From IMG/VR virus record IMGVR_UViG_3300034072_001021, positions 124,001 to 188,000 of that record: a stretch of 64,000 bases of DNA. One strand, written 5' to 3'. Of the stretch, positions 1 to 9,102 are shown in pieces. The notes under the pieces were generated by a model. That model was not told the DNA's origin. It saw only the letters and a list, made by a program, of their open reading frames with translations, and made no database searches. Positions within the stretch are counted from its first letter, which is position 1; the number at the start of each line of letters is the position of its first letter. The position numbers and the translations under genes were made by a program.

Positions 1-770
1 TGCACCTACTTGAGCAGCCGTCACTTGGTGAGGGTTGTCAAGATCGGACACGTGAGCGTTCGACATATCGCCAACAAGGGCGTTGATGGTACGGCGAGTA
101 GCCAGCGGAGTCATGTAACGGTTATCCAGTGTTGCATCTTCGGCTTCTGCCTGACTTGCAACCGGATAGTTCATTACGAACTCGAGACCTACCTGAGCTT
201 TGGTGGTGCCGTGTGGGTTCTGATCGTTGGCAATGTGGTCTGCCACACCATCGCCCAGCGTTTCGGTCATAACCAAAGCCAACAGTCGTGGCGTGATAAT
301 GCCGTTGTCGCCGACACCAGCGATCGCATCTTCGTCAGAAGCAATACCGATGTTTGGTACGTTACCCAAACCTACCTGTGCACGAGTCACGTTGTGCGGG
401 TTCGATGTATTCGCGGCGTGAGCCTGGAATGCGGTTTGCACAATGGCGACGATCGCTTCACGGGTACGAGCAGGTGTCATGAACCGAGCGTTGGATGCAC
501 CAGCTTCCGCTTCCGCTTGGCTAGCAACAGCATAGTTCTGGACGTTGCTCAACCCTACCTGAGCCTTGGTGGTCTGGTGAGGATTGTTGGTGTCGTCTTT
601 GTGCGCGTTCAGTGCATTGATCGCAATTGCTTCGATCGCCTGACGGGTGCGCAGCGGGGTCATGAACCGAGTGTTCAGAGTGCCTGACTCGGCTTCCGCA
701 GGAGCAGCTGTGGCGTAGTTATCAACCAAACCAAGACCCACTTGAAACTTGTTGACTTCGTGTGGGTTGT
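1..770 (-). repeat. Five intragenic ~183-nt (61-aa) repeats
   Basis: NPHEVNKFQVGL (~766), NPHQTTKAQVGL (~583), NPHNVTRAQVGL (~400), NPHGTTKAQVGL (~216), NPHQVTAAQVG (~34), with R(F/Y)MTP-type motifs between them. Confidence 0.85.
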
Positions 771-1359
771 TCTTGTTGTTGACGTGATCGGTCATGCCAC
801 CTTCATTCTTCTGAATGATGGCACGTTCGATATCGCCCAGGCGATCCTCGACTTCCGACATACCGACGAAATCGTCGATATTGAAGTCATGGTTCACCAC
901 CGGGAACTGGTGAGGCAACTCAACCATTTGTTCCCAGGTAGCAATGCGTGGGTTCTGCGTGACGTTAGCCAGCAGCTCGGTCATTGCTTGGTGATCGAGG
1001 ACCCACTCGCCACCCAGAGTCTGGTACTCCATGCGGAGCTGACCAGCCAGAGCACGATCGTAGAACGAAATCGCACCGTAGACCGGCTTTCCAATGGTAT
1101 GCGAGGCGTGAGCGAAGTGATAACCGAAGTTAAAATGCTCGCCCTCTACCAAGAGGGTACCGCCCAGAGGATTGTTTACGTTCGCACCGGCCGGATAGAG
1201 GCGCAGACGAACGCTCTCTGCATAAAACGGACCGCTACGCGGAACGATGTAGTAGTGGTCAAACATCCCACGCGATTGGATCGCTTGGGTCTCCGTAACC
1301 TTGTTGGTCACCGCGACACCCGTCGGGTCAAAAGGGTACTGCGGAATAGTTGTACTCAT
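1..1359 (-). CDS. Tail fibre-like virion protein, N-terminal part (runs off the window start; absent from the ORF track)
   Basis: ATG at 1359 with GGAGA RBS upstream. Manual translation MSTTIPQYPFDPTGVAVTNKV...; five ~61-aa repeats NPHxxT(K/R/A)AQVG(L), typical of PhiKZ-like fibre proteins. Confidence 0.8.
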   Translation of the reverse strand, partial: MSTTIPQYPFDPTGVAVTNKVTETQAIQSRGMFDHYYIVPRSGPFYAESVRLRLYPAGANVNNPLGGTLLVEGEHFNFGYHFAHASHTIGKPVYGAISFYDRALAGQLRMEYQTLGGEWVLDHQAMTELLANVTQNPRIATWEQMVELPHQFPVVNHDFNIDDFVGMSEVEDRLGDIERAIIQKNEGGMTDHVNNKNNPHEVNKFQVGLGLVDNYATAAPAEAESGTLNTRFMTPLRTRQAIEAIAINALNAHKDDTNNPHQTTKAQVGLSNVQNYAVASQAEAEAGASNARFMTPARTREAIVAIVQTAFQAHAANTSNPHNVTRAQVGLGNVPNIGIASDEDAIAGVGDNGIITPRLLALVMTETLGDGVADHIANDQNPHGTTKAQVGLEFVMNYPVASQAEAEDATLDNRYMTPLATRRTINALVGDMSNAHVSDLDNPHQVTAAQVGA

Positions 1360-1472
1360 TTCTCTTTCTCCGTTGGGATCTCCATCGATCTGAAGACCGA
1401 TTAACGGGGATCTTGGTGTACGGCACTTTTCTAAAAACAGACTGTGTCTAATATGGAATATCAAACAACTGG

Positions 1473-1481
1473 CATACCATT
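1473..1481 (-). promoter_or_regulatory. Putative late promoter AATGGTATG (TATG core)
   Basis: TATG is the PhiKZ late-promoter core. The identical 9-mer recurs at 8196(-) and 47527(+) upstream of virion genes. Confidence 0.55.
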
Positions 1482-1500
1482 ATCGTGGGAGACGCGTTAA

Positions 1501-2757
1501 ATGTACCAATATGAAAGTGCTCTCGTGAAGCACCGCCTTCCAAACGTCCGTTTCGAGGAAAAAGATATCCGTGGCGTTTCCGTAAAGTCACTGATCAGCC
1601 TCTATGCCGAAGTGTATCTGGTACTGAGTCATCCATCGATCACTGGCAAAGTAACTCTGGTTCTTTCTGAAGCAGAAAACGAAACCACTGCTCTGGAAGA
1701 ATCGGTCACGGTTGCGCAATGGCTCACCGCAAACGGCAACAACACACTCCTGACCCATCCAGGCATCCCCAAGGTCAAGGAATCTGTTGCGCTCAGTCGA
1801 GATGCTTGGCAGGCCGGCTATACCGTAGATATCTGCGTGCCGTCAGGGTCACCGCACAACGATGCATCCGACTACGACAAGACCGATATCTGGTTGACGC
1901 GCAAAGATACCAACTACGCCGATGTCATGCATCACTGTCTTGGCACAGTCAACGGCATCGTGCATCGTCTGGACGCTGACGGTGACGGCATCTACATCAA
2001 GGACGGTACTGCATCGTTCCGTAAGACCGGCAACGCTCAAGTCGGTCTGATCAGTTTCAAGAATGTCGGTCGTATCCGTACTGCCAGCATTACTCCGGAA
2101 ATGATCTACAACCCAGACCCCACCAAACTGTATTCTGACAGCTTCTATCTGAAGGTACCGTTTGACACCAGCAACAAGGTCATGGGTATCGTGATCGGTG
2201 GTTACCTGCATTTGGCAACCAAAGACATCAAGGTCATTGGCCCGAATGCAATGCGTGTAAACATGAAACGTATTCCGTTCCTGGAGCGTTACATGGAATC
2301 CCGTTACCTCATTGATCTCTCCGCAATGGAGCGTTTCCACGATGTCTCTGAAGCCAACGAGGTCGACTACGATCTTCAAGGCTTCTACAGTAACGAGTGC
2401 ATGCTTGAACTTCTGACTCGCAGTCAGTCGTTCATTGTCTCTGTTGAAGTCGATCACATCAACACCGACATCCTGCAGACAGAACGTAGTCAGTTGCCTG
2501 GCCGTTACTACACCTACGACAAACCACTGCTTCCACTGAGGACTCAGCTCGGCCTATTGCCAGCGTATATCTCCAGCGAAGAAGTCGGTAAGTGGGTGTT
2601 GTGCACGAACAACAACCTGCGTCAGCATCGTTTCATGGAGACCACCAACTTCCGTTGGCAGGATAAAGTGAATGAACGTCGGATCTCTGCTGAGCCCGAA
2701 ACGTATCAGCGCGGTGCTTTGATCAAGTGGTTTACCAATCAGGTCGTTATTGAGTGA
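1501..2757 (+). CDS. Putative virion structural protein (418 aa)
   Basis: Long ORF with GGGAG RBS, among tail and baseplate genes; no recognisable catalytic motif. Confidence 0.6.
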   Translation: MYQYESALVKHRLPNVRFEEKDIRGVSVKSLISLYAEVYLVLSHPSITGKVTLVLSEAENETTALEESVTVAQWLTANGNNTLLTHPGIPKVKESVALSRDAWQAGYTVDICVPSGSPHNDASDYDKTDIWLTRKDTNYADVMHHCLGTVNGIVHRLDADGDGIYIKDGTASFRKTGNAQVGLISFKNVGRIRTASITPEMIYNPDPTKLYSDSFYLKVPFDTSNKVMGIVIGGYLHLATKDIKVIGPNAMRVNMKRIPFLERYMESRYLIDLSAMERFHDVSEANEVDYDLQGFYSNECMLELLTRSQSFIVSVEVDHINTDILQTERSQLPGRYYTYDKPLLPLRTQLGLLPAYISSEEVGKWVLCTNNNLRQHRFMETTNFRWQDKVNERRISAEPETYQRGALIKWFTNQVVIE

Positions 2758-2760
2758 CGT

Positions 2761-2792
2761 CATAGAGGGAGGGCCGATGCCCTCCCTCTATG
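2761..2792. terminator. Bidirectional hairpin between convergent genes
   Basis: CATAGAGGGAGGGC-CGAT-GCCCTCCCTCTATG, 14-bp stem. Confidence 0.8.
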
Positions 2793-2794
2793 CG

Positions 2795-3058
2795 CTATGG
2801 AATATCTACTGGCGGTGATCCAGTAGCACCATGACCACAAGTGGCCACACTACCAACCCGTGTAACTGGGATACCGTCGATCGACCACCACGGACTTCCA
2901 GTCGCAATAACTGGAGCGTTATGAGGTGCCTGACCGTGCGGAGCAATCTTGTCACCAAGCAGCGATATCTTCTTACCATCCCATGTCCACGTGGGTGCAC
3001 CTGGTCCTGTAATAGGCCCGCCTGCACTGTCTACACCCACTAGCGATAAAGTACCCAT
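2795..3058 (-). CDS. PAAR-like spike tip protein (PhiKZ gp163.1-like)
   Basis: 87 aa; LLGD..PHG..PH, IATGS, DGIPVTRVGS and CGH metal-binding pattern; TAATG coupling to the spike gene. Confidence 0.85.
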   Translation of the reverse strand: MGTLSLVGVDSAGGPITGPGAPTWTWDGKKISLLGDKIAPHGQAPHNAPVIATGSPWWSIDGIPVTRVGSVATCGHGATGSPPVDIP

Positions 3059-3858
3059 TACGACGAGATCCCTTTAAAGCTCGGAGTCCTGAGCGTGGTG
3101 CCAGATGCTTGCAGTGTCAACACAGAGCCACCTCCATCAAGCGTTGCTTTCTTACACTTGAGATTGAAGTTGTTACCAGCTTCCAGATCAATGTCTTTCG
3201 GGGCATACCCTTTCATGAACTGCTTGTTCATCTCGATGTAAGTCCCCAACATGTTCTCCATGCGGAAGTGGGTATTCTTACTATCTATGAACGAATAGTT
3301 GCCGAGGTCATCCTGAAGCACCACTTTGCCGTTGGCCATGTCAAACTGGAAGTCGTAGGTGCAGAATTCACCATTCATCTTACTGGTCGAGAAGGTGACC
3401 ATCTTGGTGTGACTACTGAACTCAACAAAATACATGTTGTCTGGATCGAACCCATCTTGCGATTCCGACGGATTGGCGTTAATCGCCCAGATAACGGTCT
3501 CCAGACGACGCAGGTCATCGTTGAGGCCCATGCTACGCCAATAGTACTTATCGTTGCTACCGAACTGCCAGAGGGAGATATACTCGCCTCGACGAATATC
3601 GGGGGCTGTCTTACGGTTAGTCTCCGGCAACCATGTTGCAGTAACGTCATTGGAGACGAACGATGTACCGCTGACTGTCTTGCCGTCCTTATCCTGAGCT
3701 TCATAGTCGAGCGTATCGACTTTATTGACCAATTCCCCATCTACAAACGGTAGTTTTTCATGGGGTGTGACGACCAGTTCTTTCGAACCAAGTTGTTTGT
3801 TCTCAGCGGCGATCCCGATAGCCACACATCGGAAGACACTGGCGGTATTATCGAACAT
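3058..3858 (-). CDS. Central baseplate spike (PhiKZ gp164-like)
   Basis: N-terminal OB-like region (WLP..NRKTAPDIRRGE) followed by beta-helix-like periodicity; directly upstream of the PAAR gene. ATG 3858 fits the GAGG RBS. Confidence 0.75.
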   Translation of the reverse strand: MFDNTASVFRCVAIGIAAENKQLGSKELVVTPHEKLPFVDGELVNKVDTLDYEAQDKDGKTVSGTSFVSNDVTATWLPETNRKTAPDIRRGEYISLWQFGSNDKYYWRSMGLNDDLRRLETVIWAINANPSESQDGFDPDNMYFVEFSSHTKMVTFSTSKMNGEFCTYDFQFDMANGKVVLQDDLGNYSFIDSKNTHFRMENMLGTYIEMNKQFMKGYAPKDIDLEAGNNFNLKCKKATLDGGGSVLTLQASGTTLRTPSFKGISS

Positions 3859-3922
3859 GATCACCTCTTGTTAAATGAAACATTCAAAGCCTATCCTACA
3901 GAATTAGGGAAGGATAACCCAG

Positions 3923-6391
3923 ATGTTTATCACAAAGCTTATTCTTCATCGCTGTAAGCGATTCTACTTGAAAGGCATTGAGACCTTTGAAGTAAACCCA
4001 ACCATGAAAACCCAGATCATCTTGGGTACCAATGGTTCGGGCAAATCCAGTCTGCTGAAAATAGGGTTCACTGTCCTTCCAGCAGATGCTCGTGACTTCA
4101 TGAAAGGGGGTTATAAACTTGTCCATGTACTGAACAATGGCAAGTCTTACGAACTCACCACAGATTTCACCGGTAAAGCACCTACGCACTCCTTCATTTG
4201 TAATGGGGAGGAGCTTAACGAGGGCGGTACCGCAGCTGTCCAGCGTGAACTGGTACGCGAACACTTCAACATGACCAACGAACTGCATCAAGTTCTGACC
4301 GGTCAGTTGCGTTTCACCGACATGAATGCCCAACAACGGCGTGAATGGATCACGATGTTGTCGTCAGCTGACTTTGATTACGTCATTGGTCTGCACAATC
4401 GCATCAAACGAGCAGTGCGGGACACGTCGGCAGTCATCAAGCACCAATCTGGACGTCTGGTACAGGAGACATCCAAGCGTATTGACGATCAAACGTACAA
4501 CGCGCTGCGAAAACAGTCTCAGGAAGTCTGCGATAGGCTCATTGAGCTGCACCAGAACTCCAAACGTGAAATGGATTCTCGTTCATTCCACGATTACGAG
4601 CGTCAGTATCACGACGTACTGTCTTCAATTGATGAATTGTTGGCCAGAGCTAAGTATCTCAAGGTAGAAATACCACCTTCTGTCGGCACAACCGATGAAG
4701 ATGAGATCATTCAGCTCAAAGAAAGTCTGCGCAGTCGGGTTCAGATGCTCGACGCCGCTCTACATGAGGTGTCTGAGCAACATCAAGAGATCGACAAGCA
4801 GCTTCATCGTCTTGGTGAGCTTGAAGATATAGATCCAGAAGCATTGGAACGTGAAATTGAAGCCACTCAAAAACAAATCGATGAGTTGCATCTCAATTTT
4901 AGCACACCGTGTGACTACGATCGCATCCCTGGCCACGATTACTGCTATGTTGCAATCGACGAAGTGATCTCGTTGCTCCATTCGGTCAAGGCAGACTCTC
5001 CAGAGTACCTAGATCAGAGTACTCTGAACGCAAAACAGACCGAACTCAACGACCTTCAAGACAAGATGATGGCAGGTACTGCCAGAATCAGTGAGTTGGA
5101 GTATCGGTTTGAGCACATCTCTAACTGCACATCGATTGTTTGTCCGAATTGTTCCCATTCTTTTAAGGAAGGGGTTAATGCAGACGAAGAAGGCACCATC
5201 AAGAACCAGCTCAATAAAGGCTATGTGTTCAGAAACACGATGGAAGCAAAGATCACTGCAGTCAAAGAGTGGATTCAGGCTGCGCGTGAGAGTCTCAGTG
5301 TCATTTATGACATCGAACGCATCAAGAACACCAACCCAGACCTCATTGAGCTTTGGAACTACCTGAATGCTCAGGGTGGTTGGGTGCGTGGTCGCGAACT
5401 GGTGCAGTTCTGCGCTAAGTTCAAGCGTGATGTCGGACTCAAGATGCAGATTCAACAAATGTCTGCAGAGATTTCCCCTCTTGTCGAGAAACTCAAGAGC
5501 ATTCGTGCGCTTGATGGCAACCAACAATTACGTGAAGTGGCCAACTCGATGGGTGAACGGGTACTCAACCTGAAAGAGCTTCTTATGGAAGCCAAAGAGA
5601 CGCTTAAGGAAGTCGAGCGTTTCCATGATCGGGTCACTGAGTCCAAGAACATCACTCGGGCTGTCGAAATGGCTCGTGAAGAACTAGATCGTCTCATGGA
5701 CAGGATGATCAAGTTCGTGGTTGTCGAAGAAGTAGAAGCTCAGGTCAAGCGCCATCAGGTTACATTGGCGTCACTTGAGCAAGCTTTGGCTGAAGCTGAG
5801 ATTCAAATGGGAGTCATCCGTGACCTCACTCGTTCTCTGGAAGAAGCCAAGGATGAAGAGAAGGCTCTGATCTTCCTCGAGAAGCTACTGTCCCCAAAAG
5901 ACGGCGTTATCGCTGAACAGATCTTGGTTTTCATCAATACCTTCATCGGCAACATCAACGAAGTCATTGCTAAGGTTTGGGGTTATAACCTGGCACTAGA
6001 TGTCTGTAATCTGGCTGATGGTGAGTTGGATTATAAGTTCCCGATGTATGTCCACAACACTGACAACATGATTGACGACATTCGCTTTGGCTCCGATAGT
6101 CAGATCGACATTGTCAACCAGGCATTCCGCCTAGTCACGTATCGGTTCTTGGAATTACATGGGTACCCACTGTATCTGGACGAACTCGGCAGGACGTTCG
6201 ATGAAGTCCATCGACTCAACCTGACATTGGCGCTCAAAGAACTAATGGAAGATGAAACGTATTCCCAGATATTCTTCATCAGTCACTCGTTCGAGAGTCA
6301 GAACAGTTATCCCAATAGCCAAATCGTTGTGATTGATGACTCGCATGTTTCTCTGAAACGTGAATACAACGAGCACGTGACCATTACGTGA
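3923..6391 (+). CDS. sbcC: SbcC/Rad50-like SMC ATPase (gp165-like)
   Basis: Walker A GTNGSGKSS, long coiled coil with central CPNC zinc hook, Walker B LYLDE, H-loop ISH. Confidence 0.9.
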   Translation: MFITKLILHRCKRFYLKGIETFEVNPTMKTQIILGTNGSGKSSLLKIGFTVLPADARDFMKGGYKLVHVLNNGKSYELTTDFTGKAPTHSFICNGEELNEGGTAAVQRELVREHFNMTNELHQVLTGQLRFTDMNAQQRREWITMLSSADFDYVIGLHNRIKRAVRDTSAVIKHQSGRLVQETSKRIDDQTYNALRKQSQEVCDRLIELHQNSKREMDSRSFHDYERQYHDVLSSIDELLARAKYLKVEIPPSVGTTDEDEIIQLKESLRSRVQMLDAALHEVSEQHQEIDKQLHRLGELEDIDPEALEREIEATQKQIDELHLNFSTPCDYDRIPGHDYCYVAIDEVISLLHSVKADSPEYLDQSTLNAKQTELNDLQDKMMAGTARISELEYRFEHISNCTSIVCPNCSHSFKEGVNADEEGTIKNQLNKGYVFRNTMEAKITAVKEWIQAARESLSVIYDIERIKNTNPDLIELWNYLNAQGGWVRGRELVQFCAKFKRDVGLKMQIQQMSAEISPLVEKLKSIRALDGNQQLREVANSMGERVLNLKELLMEAKETLKEVERFHDRVTESKNITRAVEMAREELDRLMDRMIKFVVVEEVEAQVKRHQVTLASLEQALAEAEIQMGVIRDLTRSLEEAKDEEKALIFLEKLLSPKDGVIAEQILVFINTFIGNINEVIAKVWGYNLALDVCNLADGELDYKFPMYVHNTDNMIDDIRFGSDSQIDIVNQAFRLVTYRFLELHGYPLYLDELGRTFDEVHRLNLTLALKELMEDETYSQIFFISHSFESQNSYPNSQIVVIDDSHVSLKREYNEHVTIT

Positions 6392-6399
6392 GGTGTCAG

Positions 6400-6738
6400 A
6401 TGCAATTAGTGGAATCCAGTGTAGAGTTCTATCTGGGTGCTGCGACTACAGGTCAGCACAAAGACAAGTGGTCGTGGCCAGGTCGAGACCTACCGTACCT
6501 TTATCAGTGCAAGTGGGCTGCGTGCGAAAGCTCTCTTGACCCTGATATGGAAACATGGAAGAAGTACGGTCTGGTCAAAGCCTACGGTAAAGATTCCGGA
6601 TGGAGATTGATCAGCTTCAGTGACTTTGTCAACTACTTTGGTGAAGATCGCGTCAAGCGCATTCTGATCCACTGTCGATCGACATACCTCAAGGAGAGTA
6701 AGGACGCTATCCTTGATGAACTTGGTGCGCCAAAATAA
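6400..6738 (+). CDS. Hypothetical protein
   Basis: ORF with GAGGT RBS immediately after sbcC, followed by a hairpin. Confidence 0.6.
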   Translation: MQLVESSVEFYLGAATTGQHKDKWSWPGRDLPYLYQCKWAACESSLDPDMETWKKYGLVKAYGKDSGWRLISFSDFVNYFGEDRVKRILIHCRSTYLKESKDAILDELGAPK

Positions 6739-6739
6739 A

Positions 6740-6771
6740 AGGGAGAGGGCGTGAGCCCTCTCCCTATGCCG
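6740..6771. terminator. Hairpin with TATGCCG flank
   Basis: AGGGAGAGGGC-GTGA-GCCCTCTCCCT then ATGCCG; between convergent genes. Confidence 0.75.
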
Positions 6772-8133
6772 TCACGGTGCCAATACAGGCTCGTCACCAC
6801 CAGTCCCTTCGGAAAGGGTCGGGTCGTTGTACGAGTACTTACTCAGGACGATCAGCTGGAAGCGATCCAACGTGTACGCCACGTAGAGAACACCATCACG
6901 TACCAGACGAGTGAACTTGACCGGCACTGCCGAGTCAGGAGTCATCTCTTCTGCGACACCCAGCATCTCGATCAACGCCAGCACGAAACGACGAGTCTCC
7001 GGAGACATGCGACTGTTGTCCAGAGACAGCGAATCTACGTTGATGTAGTCGGGGTAGCGTTCAGTGAATGTGTCGATACCGTCACGATTTTTAGGACCAC
7101 CAGTTACTGTAACAGTGATGGCCTTGAACGGTGCGCCAAACACCTCTGCAACCGATTCAACGAACTCGTCGGTGTAGTACTCACCACGGACGAAGTTTTT
7201 GAGTGTTTCCATCGCTTCGGTAATCGGTACAGTCGAACTGTACAGACCGGCTTCCAACTCACGGTTCTCGATCGAGTACTTGCCCCAGATCGGAACGAAG
7301 ATGTACTCGGTGGAAGTGAAGATCTCCGGGAAGATCTCAGCCCACTCATCTTTGGTGTGAGTGCTGTTCTCGAGGATGTAGTCACGCAGAGCTTCCTTGA
7401 TGGAGTCTACGTTGAGACCAGCGATACCGTAGATGATCGGTGTCCAGTACGTCGGGATGCGCAGTGACTTGTTGGTCGGATCGAGTGGGTTGAACCATTC
7501 GAACATCTCACCGCGAATGAATGTCTCTGGGTACTCTTCCTTGATAGCTTGGACGCGTTCCATGGTCAGGTCATGTGTCTGAGCAGCCAAGGCTACTTTG
7601 ACAGCAGCACTGCCTTCAAAGAAGACATCCAGATCGGCTACCGGCGGAACCACTTCGATTTGGTATTCGTCGAACTGTTGTTCGAAGACTTCGGTCGAAT
7701 ACCAGATACGATATTGCAGTTCGTCGTTGACGATATCGCGGACTTCGATGACACTAGGCATCCAGATGTTCGGTTGAGCTTCCACCATGGCGCCGATGGC
7801 CCAGATGGAGAACTGATCACCGAATTGTTGGATGAACGTGGTACGGAAGGACTCGGTGGCCGGAGTGAAGTCACCGGCAAGAGCACGTTCGTAAGCCCAC
7901 TTGTTGATCAGGAGGAGTTTGTTGGCGAGGACAGGATCTGTCTGCTCAACTTCACCGTCACGCTTGCTACTGAACACTACCAGAGTGTGGCCTGGTGTTG
8001 CAGCGCTGTTCAGGTACTCTTTCTCTCGAGCATAGGTAAGAGCACGAGGCGAAAGCTCACCGATCGGAGCAACGACTGCGCGAGTGTTGTCGATCAGCGT
8101 AGCAATAACGCCAAAGGCTTTTAGTTTGTACAT
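6772..8133 (-). CDS. Putative virion structural protein
   Basis: Acidic ~450-aa ORF; ATG 8133 has a GGAGA RBS; upstream AATGGTATG late-type motif. Confidence 0.65.
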   Translation of the reverse strand: MYKLKAFGVIATLIDNTRAVVAPIGELSPRALTYAREKEYLNSAATPGHTLVVFSSKRDGEVEQTDPVLANKLLLINKWAYERALAGDFTPATESFRTTFIQQFGDQFSIWAIGAMVEAQPNIWMPSVIEVRDIVNDELQYRIWYSTEVFEQQFDEYQIEVVPPVADLDVFFEGSAAVKVALAAQTHDLTMERVQAIKEEYPETFIRGEMFEWFNPLDPTNKSLRIPTYWTPIIYGIAGLNVDSIKEALRDYILENSTHTKDEWAEIFPEIFTSTEYIFVPIWGKYSIENRELEAGLYSSTVPITEAMETLKNFVRGEYYTDEFVESVAEVFGAPFKAITVTVTGGPKNRDGIDTFTERYPDYINVDSLSLDNSRMSPETRRFVLALIEMLGVAEEMTPDSAVPVKFTRLVRDGVLYVAYTLDRFQLIVLSKYSYNDPTLSEGTGGDEPVLAP

Positions 8134-8195
8134 GTCGTTCTCCGGGAAGATTGCCACTTAACTTATGACAATCGTTAAAAAATACTTGAAACGTC

Positions 8196-8204
8196 CATAC
8201 CATT
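8196..8204 (-). promoter_or_regulatory. Putative late promoter AATGGTATG
   Basis: Same 9-mer as at 1473 and 47527. Confidence 0.55.
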
Positions 8205-8216
8205 TTAGGGATAACG

Positions 8217-8669
8217 ATGAATTTTCTTGCACTGGCTAAACTAGGCAAGGCCCTATTCCTGTTCATCAGGGAAATGTGGCTACGCGATCGTACGTTTAGA
8301 CAGTTTGTGCACGAGAACCTGGCTTTGGTTGTGTCTACAAGCGGTTTCCTCATCATGACCGTCTTGTTTACTCATGTCTATTTTATCGTGCTCGATCAAG
8401 AAAAAGAAATACACGAACACGAAGAAAAATACGCCAGGTTGCGAGAAGAGTATGATAACGAGATCCCGTTCCTAATTGAGAGGATGGGATGGTACCGTGA
8501 TCGCTATCTCGAACTTAAAGCACCTCCTGTCGAATCTGCTAGGAGTCATGGTCCTTCGAGACGAAGTGCCCAGGGCCTCGCAAAAGAAACTGAACCGACG
8601 CCAAAATCAACCGAACCAGTCCTTTCTGACGACGATGTCGTTGAACGATGGAATCGACTGGGCGAATAG
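8217..8669 (+). CDS. Single-TM membrane protein, candidate i-spanin
   Basis: TM segment LALVVSTSGFLIMTVLFTHVYFIVL, then a coiled coil and a Pro/Ser-rich tail. Confidence 0.5.
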   Translation: MNFLALAKLGKALFLFIREMWLRDRTFRQFVHENLALVVSTSGFLIMTVLFTHVYFIVLDQEKEIHEHEEKYARLREEYDNEIPFLIERMGWYRDRYLELKAPPVESARSHGPSRRSAQGLAKETEPTPKSTEPVLSDDDVVERWNRLGE

Positions 8670-8677
8670 GTAACGCC

Positions 8678-9046
8678 ATGAACCTTTACAACTTCTTCAG
8701 TGGGTCTCGAGTATTCCTGATGTTTTGGATAGCGATCTCCCTTGGATCGTGTTCGTTGACTCACATCGTGGATAATAGCGCCATCTACTACACCAACACA
8801 CTCAGTACAGACAGTGAAACCGTCACCTGTAAAGAGTTCACACGTATGGTGAGGATAGGGCATCATCGACCCACGCTACCTAAGGTGGACATTCGTAAGC
8901 TCTCTCAGGACGAGCGAGCCGACCTGCTGTTATCCTACATGGAAAAGTTGAAAACGTACCTTGACAACGAAGAACGATACCTTGCTGAAGACATCGTCAA
9001 GCATCGTGAAACCTGCACTAAACCTGATCTGGTTTTTCAGAAATAA
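8678..9046 (+). CDS. Lipoprotein, candidate o-spanin
   Basis: Signal-like N-terminus with lipobox-like LGSC (Cys25); two further Cys; follows the TM gene. Confidence 0.5.
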   Translation: MNLYNFFSGSRVFLMFWIAISLGSCSLTHIVDNSAIYYTNTLSTDSETVTCKEFTRMVRIGHHRPTLPKVDIRKLSQDERADLLLSYMEKLKTYLDNEERYLAEDIVKHRETCTKPDLVFQK

Positions 9047-9102
9047 TCCGGAGTATGACATGAGCTTAGCCATTTCTCAATTCATCGAGCCAAGGTGTGG
9101 TA

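Noticed and set aside
1-770. Regularly spaced repeats as a CRISPR array
   Set aside because: Repeats are degenerate at synonymous positions, have a 183-nt period and lie inside an open frame.
10-1404. + strand ORFs 10-687 and 742-1404
   Set aside because: Shadows of the minus-strand fibre gene; their repeated motifs are the reverse complement of the fibre repeats.
2795-3858. PAAR plus spike as a type VI secretion or tailocin locus
   Set aside because: The context is a complete myophage morphogenesis gene set, and PhiKZ itself uses a spike plus PAAR tip.
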